Source of the DNA: Macrostomum lignano | Lineage: Eukaryota | Assembly: GCA_002269645.1 (NCBI GenBank) | Contig: NIVC01000019.1 | Span: 1,488,001 to 1,552,000 of the forward strand | Length of the DNA stretch: 64,000 nucleotides | Direction: 5' to 3' | Shown: positions 45,481 to 64,000 of the stretch, piece after piece | Layout of the letters: each line of letters opens with the position of its first letter | Numbering within the stretch: position 1 is the stretch's first letter | Made by a program: the position numbers and the translations under genes | Notes under the pieces: model-generated | The model's database searches: none | What the model was told of the DNA's origin: nothing | What the model saw: the letters and a program-made list of their open reading frames with translations, nothing else

Positions 45481-47859
45481 TGATTTCTTCTCCCCTTTGG
45501 CGCTCAGCTGTTTCGGCAGTTCGAACTAACCCAGTATTTTCCGGTGAATTTATGCAAACCGTTCGCGCTTCCTTTTCCATCGTTTTTTTCCGACAAGTTC
45601 TGCAGCCTGCACCCTGGCCCGGTCGTGGTACGAAGCAATTCAGCTTCGGGGGTTTGAAGATAGGTCGAGCGAGGTACATTGGAGCGGTTAGGAATGGTTC
45701 TGGTTGGAACAGCTCCCTCTGTCTGGCATGGCCTGTGCATACCATCTGGCTCTCAGCCTCCGTCGCAACTTGTACCAACCCGACTTTACAATAAGTCCTA
45801 CCCATTTTGACCGAACCTCCCGATCCCAGAAGAGTGCTGTGTTCCAACGTGTGTGTTCCGCACAATCGAGCCTCACTACCGACGAAATGTTGGAAAGAAA
45901 AGTAGCGATGGGAATGAAAATGGGATCCTATTTTGGGAAGCGAAAATGGCTCTCGCGCGTATTGGCAAATACGGATGACGTTCGGACCAGCTTGCATACC
46001 GTACCGCCTCCGCTTCTTTACCTTATTTTCACCCGTGCGGCAGCCGTACAAGAAGTACCTTAGTGAATCATCATCGACCTCTCAGGAAAAGGAAATAGCG
46101 ATGTGGATGCAAAACAGTTCAGAAATGTCGCCCTTCTAATGTAAGCCGGACGCTGCTGGTCTTTGAGCGCCAGCGAGGAAATGAAGCAGAGACGAGCGAA
46201 AAAAGGATAGAGAGACAGTCGCCGAAGAATAGGGCAGATGTTAGGCGTTTATTGACTGCACGGGGCTGCGGTGCAGCTCCAGATCCTCCTGGATGCATCA
46301 ATTTGGATGCCCTGCAGTTGCCTTTTGTGAGGGATCAAAGGCAAAGTAATGCAGCGAGAGGAGAAGGGAAGGCAGGCAGAGACGAGTTTGATGGTTGATA
46401 TTGGTAACGGGCCACCCAGGCAGCCTTCTGTGGGGACTGTTAAGTACGTTGGTACGAAAATAGCCGTTGGTGCAAACTGTCGCCCTGCCTATGTCAATGG
46501 ATCCTATTGACAAACGTTAGGACTGAACTTTTCTGAAGTGCACAGCAGTTTGTTGATTGCAGCGTTCGGAAATATGAGTCTATTTGACAGATCTTCTGGC
46601 ACGTCGGTTGTCGATGGATGAACCAGTGCTGATAGTCAGCAGGACAATGTTTATTAATCTAAGCGCTTGAGATACACAATGCTTCATTCAAAAGTGCAAC
46701 CCCGCTTTGTTGCCAACTTCCTCCAGAATTTCCCTTCCTTGCTATTGGCTTTATTTGACTTCTCATTGTCTTTTGAAAGCTGCATCAAACTGCAGCATAG
46801 TAGTGCTACTAAGCCACGTATTTAGTTGGCTCTTCATCAAGAAGCCATTGCTGCTAGCAATCAGCATCCAACGCCTATTTTTCCAATACCATCATTGATG
46901 TCATGGAGCAGAATTGGCTCGCTATTAATCTGCAAATCAACTTTTTCTGTCAATATCACCCAACGTCACGCTACTTCAGATGTACGGATTTGCAGTTTAC
47001 TTGAAAATCTTCCAGATATGCAATTCAGCAATTCCGCAGACCTCCATTCCAGCCAAGGGCCTCTCGCCATGCCCTGCTTTGCCGCTGACGAAAAGTTCTC
47101 TTCCCCAACCATTCAGCAGAGATTTCTGCCACAGCAAAAGCAGTCCTGGTTGCGTTCGTACCGGCTGCATCAGCATAGCCAGCGACCGCAGCTCCGGCTC
47201 CATGGGCCGGGCGTGTACAGAGGCATCCGGCCTCTGTGTGCGGGGTTCGTCAGCTGAGGACGGAATAGGAAAATGGGCGGGGGTTGGTGCTGGTTGGGAG
47301 AGAGCTAAGTCTCTCTCTTCGGCTATGCCTTGATAAAGCTAAGTCATGGACTGTTAATTATAGTTGTCTGGAACGGAAGCTTTAGAATTATCAATCCCTT
47401 TACCGGTCTTGCAAACTTTCGTTTTAAATGATTAGAATTTTTTAAACAAATTTTCACAATGTGCCGATATAGATAACATGCGCAAGGACCACTAGAAGTT
47501 ACTAGGAGTAACTTCTGGTGGTCCTTGAACATGCGGTGAAGACGTGTCTATTTATGGGAAGGCTATGAGAATCATTTATCCTGTTTATGGAGAATCTGTA
47601 AGCGATTATGATTATTCATAAATAAATTACACATTGGAAACGCAAAAATTATATAACCTAAGTCATTCATTCATCCTTCTGACACTTATCTAGTGACTCA
47701 AACCACTATCCAATCAGGGATACGGTCACTGAAAGATCTGGAGTGGGGTTACAGGTTGATTAAGGAATCGTTGCAGACTTTTGAAAAGTATATTTCTGCA
47801 TTTCTGAAGCCTTTGAACATCCTTTCAGAAACCTCCATCCTCACTGACTCCATTCTCAC

Positions 47860-50778
47860 CCAAAATTCATCAGTGACCCCATTCCTAAATTCATCCCCAA
47901 ATTTATCAGTGGCCCCATTCCTAAATTCATCCTCAAATTCACCAATAACCCCATTCCCAAATTCATCCCCAAATTCATCAGTGACCCCATTCCCGAATTC
48001 GTCCCCAAATTCATCAGTGACCCCAATCTCAGATTCATCAGTGACCCCAATCCCAAATTCATTAGTGATCCCAACCCAAAATTCATCAGTGACCCCAATC
48101 CCAGATTCATTAGTGACCCCAACCCCAAATTCATCAGTGACCCCATTCACATGCAGATTCATCAGTGACCCCATTCACATGCAGATTCATCAGTGACCCC
48201 ATTCACATGCAGATTCATCAATGACCCCATTCACATGCAGATTCATCAGTGACCCCATTCACATGCAGATTCATCAGTGACCCCATTCACATGCAGATTC
48301 ATCAGTTACCCCATTCACATGCAGATTCATCAGTTACCCCATTCACATGCAGATTCATCAGTGACCCCATTCCCAGTTTATCAGTGACCCTATCTTCAGA
48401 TTCAACAGTGACCCCATTCCCATGCAGATTCATCAGTTACCCCATTCCCAGTTTATCAGTGACCCTATCTTCAGATTCAACAGTCACCCCATTCCCATGC
48501 AGATTCATCAGTTACCCCATTCCCATATTCATCAGTGACCCCATCTTCAGATTCAACAGTGATCCCATTCCCATGAAGTTTCATCTGTGTCCCCATCTCC
48601 CAGATTATTCAGAGACCACATCCTCCAGATTAATCAGTGACCTCATTCTAAAATTCATCAGTGACCCCATCCCAGATTAATCAGTGACCCATTTCCAGAT
48701 TCAGCAGTAACCCCATTCCCATGCAGATTCATCAGTGACCCCATTCCCAGTTTATCAGTGACCCCATTCTCAGTTTATCAGTGACCCCATTCTCAGTTTA
48801 TCAGTGACCCCGTTCCCAGTTTTTCAGTGACCCCATTTTCAGTTTTTCAGTGACCCCATTCCCTGTTTATCAGTGACCCCATTCCCAGTTTATCAGTGAT
48901 CCCATTGCCAGTTTTTCTGTGACCCCATTCTCAGTTTATCAGTGACTCCAATCCCAGATTCATCAGTGACCCATTTCCAGATTCAGCCATAACCCCATTC
49001 CGATGTAGATTCATCAGTGATCCCATCTCCCAGATTATTCAGTGACCCCATTCCGAGATTCATCTGCAGTGACCCCATTCCCATGCAGATTTATCAGTGA
49101 CCCCATTCACATGCAGATTTCATCAATGACCCCATTCACATGCAGATTTCATCAGTGACCCCATTCACATGCAGATTCATCAGTGACCCCATTCACATGC
49201 AGATTCATCAGTTACCCCATTCACATGCAGATTCATCAGTGACCCCATTCCCATGCAGATTCATCAGTGACTCCATTCCCAGTTTATCAGTGACCCTATC
49301 TTCAGATTCAACAGTGACCCCATTTCCATATTCATCAGTGACCCCATCTTCAGATTCATCAGTGACCCCATTCCCATGCAGATTCATCAGTGACCCCATT
49401 CACATATTCATCAGTGACCCCATCTTCAGATTCAACAGTGACCCCATTCCCATGAAGTTTCATCTGTGTCCCCATCTCCCAGATTATTCAGAGACCACAT
49501 CCTCCAGATTAATCAGTGACCTCATTCTAAAATTCATCAGTGACCCCATCCCAGATTAATCAGTGACCCATTTCCAGATTCAGCAGTAACCCCATTCCCA
49601 TGCAGATTCATCAGTGACCCCATTCCCAGTTTATCAGTGACCCCATTCTCAGTTTATCAGTGACCCCATTCTCAGTTTATCAGTGACCCCGTTCCCAGTT
49701 TTTCAGTGACCCCATTTTCAGTTTTTCAGTGACCCCATTCCCTGTTTATCAGTGACCCCATTCCCAGTTTATCAGTGATCCCATTGCCAGTTTTTCTGTG
49801 ACCCCATTCTCAGTTTATCAGTGACTCCAATCCCAGATTCATCAGTGACCCATTTCCAGATTCAGCCATAACCCCATTCCGATGTAGATTCATCAGTGAT
49901 CCCATCTCCCAGATTATTCAGTGACCCCATTCCGAGATTCATCTGCAGTGACCCCATTCCCATGCAGATTTATCAGTGACCCCATTCACATGCAGATTTC
50001 ATCAGTGACCCCATTCACATGCAGATTTCATCAGTAACCCCATTCACATGCAGATTCATCAGTTACCCCATTCACATGCAGATTCATCAGTAACCCCATT
50101 CCCATGCAGATTCATCAGTGACCCCATTCACATGCAGATTCATCAGTGACCCCATTCACATGCAGATTCATCAGTTACCCCATTCACATGCAGATTCATC
50201 AGTGACCCCATTCCCATGCAGATTCATCAGTGACTCCATTCCCAGTTTATCAGTGACCCTATCTTCAGATTCAACAGTGACCCCATTTCCATATTCATCA
50301 GTGACCCCATCTTCAGATTCATCAGTGACCCCATTCCCATGCAGATTCATTAGTGACCCCATTCACATGCAGATTCATCAGTGACCCCATTCACATGCAG
50401 ATTTATCAGTGTCCTCATTTCCATATTCATGAGTGACCCCATCTTCAGATTCAACAGTGACCCCATTCACATGCAGATTCATCAGTGACCCCATTCACAT
50501 GCAGATTCATCAGTGACCCCATCTTCAGATTAAACAGTGACCCAATCTTCAGACTCATCAGTGACCCCATTCCCATTTAGTTTCATCAGTGTCCCCATGC
50601 TCCAGATTCATCAGTGACCTAATTCCCGAATTCATCAGTGACCCTATTCCCAGTTTATCAGTGACCCCATCCCCAGATTCATCAGTGACCTCATTCCCAG
50701 ATTCATCAGTGACCCTATTCCCAGTTTATCAGTGACCCCATTCCCAGTTTACCAGTGACCCCATCCCCAGATTCATCA
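47860..50778 (+). repeat. Complex ~27-28-bp satellite CAGATTCATCAGTGACCCCATTC(C/A)CATG with higher-order duplications
   Basis: A variant block at 48571 recurs at 49450 (offset 879). The identical ORF-track peptides at 49208 and 50171 give a second offset of 963. Confidence 0.92.
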
Positions 50779-51010
50779 AGGGCAAAACAGATTGTTTAAA
50801 CTTATTGATATTTTGCCTTTTGAGGCGGCAGTTATATTCGATTCAGAGCACCTGGTGCCCCGAGTCTAATCGCCGTTTTGCTTTTCATGCCTCGATGGGC
50901 CAGGTGGGCGAGAAGCCAGGCAGCTTCGGCGGGTAATTAAAAACGGAAATTGTTTTGACAAAGAATGCAGGTGCAGATTTTCTTGTGTTCTCATGGCTAG
51001 CGGACTCTTT

Positions 51011-51765
51011 CAGCGACTCCCTCAGCGACTCCCTCAGCGACTCCCTCAGCGACTACCTCAGCGACTCCCTCAGCGACTCCCTCAGCGACTCCCTCAGCGA
51101 CTCCTTCAGCGACTCCCTCAGCGACTCCCTCAGCGACTCCCTCAGCGACTCCCTCAGCGACTCCCTCAGCGACTCCCTCAGCGACTCCCTCAGCGACTCC
51201 TTCAGCGACTCTCTCAGCGACTCCCTCAGCGACTACCTCAGCGACTCCCTCAGCGACTCCCTCAGCGACTCTCTCAGCGACTCTCTCAGCGACTCCCTCA
51301 GCGACTCCCTCAGCGACTCCCTCAGCGACTCCCTCAGCGACTCCCTCAGCGACTCTCTCAGCGACTCCCTCAGCGACTCCCTCAGCGACTCCCTCAGCGA
51401 CTACCTCAGCGACTCCCTCAGCGACTCCCTCAGCGACTCCCTCAGCGACTCCTTCAGCGACTCTCTCAGCGACTCCCTCAGCGACTCCCTCAGCGACTCC
51501 CTCAGCGACTCCCTCAGCGACTACCTCAGCGACTCCCTCAGCGACTCCCTCAGCGACTACCTCAGCGACTCCCTCAGCGACTCCCTCAGCGACTCTCTCA
51601 GCGACTCTCTCAGCGACTCCCTCAGCGACTCCCTCAGCGACTCCCTCAGCGACTCCCTCAGCGACTCCCTCAGCGACTCTCTCAGCGACTCCCTCAGCGA
51701 CTCCCTCAGCGACTCCCTCAGCGACTCCCTCAGCGACTCCCTCAGCGACTCCCTCAGCGACTTCC
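51011..51765 (+). repeat. 12-bp satellite CAGCGACTCCCT (~63 copies)
   Basis: Direct reading. Confidence 0.97.
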
Positions 51766-51779
51766 TCACTGACTCTTTC

Positions 51780-52170
51780 AGCGCCTTCTTCAGTGCCTTT
51801 CTTAGTGTCTTCATTCCTTCAGTGCCTTTCTTAGCGCCTTCATTCCTTCAGCGCCTTTCTTAGCACCTTCATTCCTTCAGCGCCTTTCTTAGCACCTTCA
51901 TTCCTTCAGCGCCTTTCTTAGCACCTTCATTCCTTCAGCGCCTTTCTTAGCGCTTTCATTCTTTTAGCGCCTTTCTTAGCACCTTCATTCCTTCAGCGCC
52001 TTTCTTAGCACCTTCATTCCTTCAGCGCCTTTCTTAGCACCTTCATTCCTTCAGCGCCTTTCTTAGCGCTTTCATTCCTTCAGCGCCTTTCTTAGCGCTT
52101 TCATTCCTTCAGCGCCTTTCTTAGCGCTTTCATTCCTTCAGCGCCTTTCTTAGCGCCTTCATTCCTTCAG
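51780..52170 (+). repeat. 29-bp minisatellite CAGCGCCTTTCTTAGCACCTTCATTCCTT
   Basis: Period 29, about 13 copies. Confidence 0.95.
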
Positions 52171-54502
52171 AGTGACTAGCTAATCATGACTGGCAAATCT
52201 CGGTGAGCAGTTGGCCTCCAGGAGATTCTCGCGCTCCCGTCAGTCAACCTGAAAAAGGCAAAAAGTCAATAATTAGAAGCCCCGTCGCGTGTGAGCTGCG
52301 AGGCACTGAACAGAGACATTTAAGTTGACTGCCTTGTAAAGTGTGCCGGCTGAGTGAGGCTTGGTCAAAAGTGAGAAAAAAACCGAAGTTACTCAGAGCT
52401 CGCGAGTGGGTGTGCATAATCGATCCGATTCCCAGCGAGTCCAAATGCCAATGCACTGCTCTTAGCTGAGCCAAGTGTCAAAAAGAATTTGGTTGAAGGA
52501 TGCTGAGAATGGTACAGAAAAAACCCGGAGTCAGCTCGCGCAATGCGGCAGGTGAGCAGAGGCAAATTTTAGACAGGTTGTTGCATTTTTCATCCGGCCG
52601 ATAAGACGGAAGAGGCCGGCAGGATTGGCAGCTCCTCGGAGCCTCCAATGTCGCCCCCTGGACTTGATGGCACTGGAGACTCGAGGGAGGGAGAGGAAGA
52701 TGTGGGTCTCTCAGCAGCAGATGAGAGGAGCGGATCAAGGGGGTGGGGGATGATGATGGAAGGAAGCAGAGAGAACCTTGGCAAGAGGCTTAGCGCAGGA
52801 AGAAAAAATCGGGGAAAGAATCCTTGCAGCTCTCCGGCCGAAGCAGGAGCAGAAGGGAGCAGGAGCTTTCATGGAACTGATAAGTGGAGACAGGCAGCTG
52901 CAGTCGGGAGCTGGCCGAGGTGGAGAGAGGGCGGAGACGAGAGAAAAGAGAGAAGATGAGGCCGGATTCGGGCACAGCTTGCTCGTGCCTGAGTGCGGCG
53001 AGTGCCACGGTTCGCTTCGCCCGGCCCGAGCTGGATGGACTGAAGGAGGAGGCCGCAGCAAAGCAGGAGCAGAAGAAAGAGACCCGCTCCATCCACTCCG
53101 GGCAGGATTGGCCTGGCTCTTAGAGACCCTAATGGAGGATTCATTCCGAGACACGGGGTCGCTCTGCCGTTGCCTCATTCCTAAAAGCTGTATAGCCAGC
53201 TATTCAGCAGAGCTTCACTCGCGTTCTCCACTTCCTTCTAGTCTTCTAGTTCTGCTAAAGCTCCAACTAACCATAAAGGAAGGTCGTTGAACACAGCAAA
53301 GGCCTTGGGCTGAAGGGTTACGAAGCAGACCCCGGTGTGTGTGGTGAGCTGTGCGCATGGTGAGTATTGAGCCCCTGGCGGAGGTCTGCTTTGTGTGGAA
53401 TGGATCGCTCTGGGGTGAGTGAGAAGGAAGGAGGATGGGGTGGTCTTTCGGGCGGCCCCTGCCCAACCCACCCCCAAGCGCCAAACGCGTGACTGAGTAA
53501 GAGATGTACAGGGCCATCCCTCCCATTCCACAGCGTTCCCTTTCCACCTCTGCTGTGGGTGGGGGGGGGGAAAGGGTGGCTCTGAGTCGTGTGGCTGAGC
53601 AAGCAAGCGCAATGGAACCTTCACAGAGGCCTTCACTCCCCTTGCTCCAGTGAGCTCCTTCCTTCCCCGGGGTTCCACCAACCCCCATCGTATTCGTCAG
53701 TGAAGGAAGGCCAAACGACAGGAGAGGATGAGAACCGCGAAGCTCCTTCTCCTCTACCCCTGGCGCAAACGATTGAAGAGCAAAAACTCGCCAACAGCAA
53801 TGGGCCTCCATGAAAAGACTCCAACGAGCTGAAGCCAGGCAGCAATTCCCCGACTTCCACAAGACCCTTTTGCTGCTCAGAGTTGAAGCAGACTTCATTC
53901 AACGTTTCTTCGAGCTCAACCACTCTGCGTCAGTTCTCCTGGCTCGGCGCCTGTCTGCAGTAAGTCTGTCTTGATTTTTGCTTCCTGGAGATTTTTTCTG
54001 ATCTCTATGCAGTTCCCCGGGCAAATACTCGTATAAGGTTACATGAGCGGCGGGCCAACCCCTTGGAGAGTGAAACAAGCTCGACACACACCAACAGTTC
54101 CTTCGCCGCATTCCCCGCCCCAAGCCGCACCCACGGGCTTCTCTCTCTCATTCCCCAGCCAGCCAGCCGACTCCCGCTTTGCTGGTGAGCTCAGGCAGCT
54201 GACAAAAATCAATAAAAAAACGAGGAAGGTAAAGGGAGGACGCGGCGAAAAAGGGGCCGGATCATGCCAACTGCCGCTCCATTTTTCTTCCTCTTTCCCC
54301 CTTTTCTCAACAGTGGGCTGATTGACTCTTAGATCGGTTGGAGCACATCATGGAGTAGGAGCAGCGGGGGTACGGACTATGGATCTCGTGTCCTGAGTTG
54401 GTGACTGCAAAGCTCCCAAATCCCAGTCCAATCCTTTATAAGCTTGGCGTACACCCGGCCCTGCCCAAACTTCGTGTTTACCTACAGCCAGCCAGCTCAG
54501 CC

Positions 54503-59509
<5,007 letters not shown>

Positions 59510-60697
59510 AGGAGAGCGGAAGTATTTAAATCTAAAGACTTAAGAAAGGCTTTTTAGAAGCCTGTGTATCTCTCTATTCGATATACAGGTAGCTCCGTTT
59601 ATCTAATTCAGCACCTTTTTTATCCTGAACATCCAACGGATATTTTGGTTAGATTGTTAGCGAATTTCATTTTAAAGTGTTCAAATGCTCGCACTCTCGT
59701 CTGTATTCTAATGTCTGCGCAAATTGCTTTTATAGTTGTCCTTTTAACATTGCTGTCTTTGTTGTCTTTGTGCTGGTAATGCTTGACTGTCAATGTCTTG
59801 CTTTAGTGGGCTATCACAATTTACTTATAGCTTTCAGTTCGAATCGCTAATGGACGCTGAAGCAGGAGGACGCGAATCTATCTTTCTTAGAAATATAGAA
59901 TTTGTCTATGGCGAGACCTCATTCGTGGCGCTATGCGCTCTCGAGAGCATGCTGAATGCACCTGGCGTCCTCACTTCAGCCGCCATTCCAGTGATTCTGC
60001 TTTGCAGTTTTTTTCCATGTTGTCAAGCACCCAAATATCGAATTTGATTTGCGCATTCAATGGCAAATTTAAGCAAATCTCTGTTTTCGTTTTCACTGGA
60101 ATTTTTGTGTACGCCGTAGGTTGCGCGTCCCAACGAAGGACTTCAGCTGGTTATGAACAAATTAGTCAAGTTTTAAAGAAGATAATTCTGTTTTGTCATT
60201 TCCACAATCTTTTTTGCTTCATATTTGTTGCTGTTCAAATGTTTGGGTCTTGGCGAAATGTTTTAAGATTTTTTCCGTTGTTCCAGCAATAAATTGCACT
60301 TTAAACCGAAAATCATAAAATCTGAGAGATGCACCTTTGGCTTTAAAGGTTACTTAATTATTTGTACATGTATATACTAGTTTATTTTATGGAATTAGAG
60401 TTGACATGTGTAAAAAAGTTAATGCCGCGATATGGTGCTAGGCAGGCATGAAGAATAACTCAAGGGCCGCTTGCACTTAGCAGGGCCGGCTTATATTTGG
60501 CTATGACTAATTGCGTAATACGAGCTAAATCAATTATTGAAGTGAGTGGTTGGCTGTACGTACTTGTACGGGGCAGTGATAGCGCTGGACCAAGTGAGCG
60601 AGGGAGAGAGAGAGGGAGGCAGATGTACACTGCCCCACAACATGCATGTGCTTAGTTTATTGACTGATTTAGGAAATTGCATCCACAATCAGGAGAC

Positions 60698-62821
<2,124 letters not shown>

Positions 62822-63034
62822 TCTGCTTGCCCACAGGTCCTACGCTCGTATTCTGTTGATGTCTCGGCAGTAGCAAGGAATGAAGTAAGTATCTGACTAA
62901 ATACTCTACCGCATCTGGGACCAAATATTTGCTGAAATCCAATGCATTAGCCACTGGTTGAGTTAAATACTGAAAATGTCAAATAAGTCGTATTTAAATA
63001 CGGAGTATGTATTAGCATTGGGCTGCGTGGAGTT

Positions 63035-63156
<122 letters not shown>

Positions 63157-63184
63157 GTGAAATCTAGCGATCACTGGAAAGCAG

Positions 63185-63700
63185 TCCAGGCAAGCCCGCA
63201 GGGACGCCGCAAATCCTAGTGGGCGCCAGAAACCAGACCGCTAAAGTAGACGAACTGCTGACAACGCGGAAGCTCCGTCGCCTGTCCATCAGCGCCTCGG
63301 CACAAAATCGCAGCCGCGAAATCGTCCGGCACGCAGAGCACGACGGTTTTCAGCGTGTTGACCAACGTACAGGCCGACACTCGCGGCAACAGCAACTAGC
63401 TTGTTTAGTTGTCGCTGGGGGCCCTCGACAGTTGAGGACAGCGTAGCCAAGCACACTGAGCCGTCTCTTCACTTGACGTCGACCCACGCGTCGCCGCAAC
63501 AAAAAGCAGTCGTCATTGGTAGGAAGAGCGATCCGCAGCACCCTGTCAAGCACCAGAATTAAAATTGCAATAAAGTACATGTATGCCAATAAGTGGCTAC
63601 TATGAAATTTACGATAGGGCGTTGCAAACGATGGGGCACCAGCCCGTCAAACGCGACCAGCCTTGAAGTCACCGCCTTCGTGGGATTCCTGCACCACGAC
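63185..63700 (-). pseudogene. Degenerate non-LTR (RTE-like) reverse transcriptase fragment
   Basis: Frameshifted motifs in RT order: DFK..AFD; ILVLDRVLRIAL..RRR..RLSVLGYA (YADD partly deleted); QRQLNKL..A.SVGL.VN.LKT; ELPRCQQFVYFSG. Confidence 0.65.
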
Positions 63701-63780
63701 GGGCAGGTCGGCGACTCAACAGTCCAGCAGCCCTGGCCGTCATCAGCTGGGCTCATCGACTTGCGTACCGGCCAGCCTGC

Positions 63781-64000
<220 letters not shown>

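Noticed and set aside
45320-46051. 243-aa minus-strand ORF upstream of and overlapping CLK
   Set aside because: No recognisable domain, and it overlaps CLK in another frame; probably 5' UTR or chance.
4340-52170. Tandem arrays as CRISPR loci
   Set aside because: The units abut with no unique spacers, there are no cas genes, and the context is eukaryotic introns.
52614-52660. GGCCGGCA..GCTCCTCGGAGC resembling an HDV-like ribozyme
   Set aside because: P3 could form, but the required P1 3' strand (GCCGGCY) does not follow.
52648-52959. Peptide ENLGKRLSAGRKN..DERKERR resembling hepatitis delta antigen (ENKKKQLSAGGKN..DERRERR)
   Set aside because: The motif spacing does not match, the N-terminal coiled-coil/PWLGN region is absent, and purine-rich DNA readily yields such E/R/K/G strings.
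63350-63589. ILVLDRVLR as the missing receptor M4 (VLDR motif)
   Set aside because: It lies upstream of the receptor ATG and fits RTE reverse-transcriptase motifs in order.

Overview
Eukaryotic, intron-containing, repeat-rich DNA. GC-rich polyQ-containing exons and minisatellite-filled introns are consistent with a flatworm such as Macrostomum (inference, not proven). Genes: a partial AGC/PKA-like kinase (+), a 15-exon RAB3GAP2 (+), an intronless divergent class-A GPCR (+), a 4-exon ULK1/2 (-), a small 2-exon orphan membrane protein (+), a multi-exon gene with two DUF1330-like domains that the ORF track shows only in pieces (-), an intronless CLK/LAMMER kinase (-), a ~1450-aa multi-zinc-finger protein (+) and a Cys-loop receptor subunit cut off before M4 (-). 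Mobile DNA: a complete non-autonomous LTR element (TG..CA LTRs, TSD, PBS, PPT) and a CCC..GGG CACTA-like element, both inserted in one 28-bp satellite; several MITEs with readable TSDs; CORE-SINEs; and mariner and RTE relics. The most notable signals are (i) CpG-decay domains at the 5' ends of RAB3GAP2 and ULK, read directly from sister MITE copies, (ii) a different tandem repeat in almost every downstream RAB3GAP2 intron, (iii) a zinc-finger variant with a WKxGxFG tail, repeated three times, and (iv) the tandem DUF1330-like gene. No CRISPR array, rRNA or true tRNA gene was found. All alignments and counts were made by eye.
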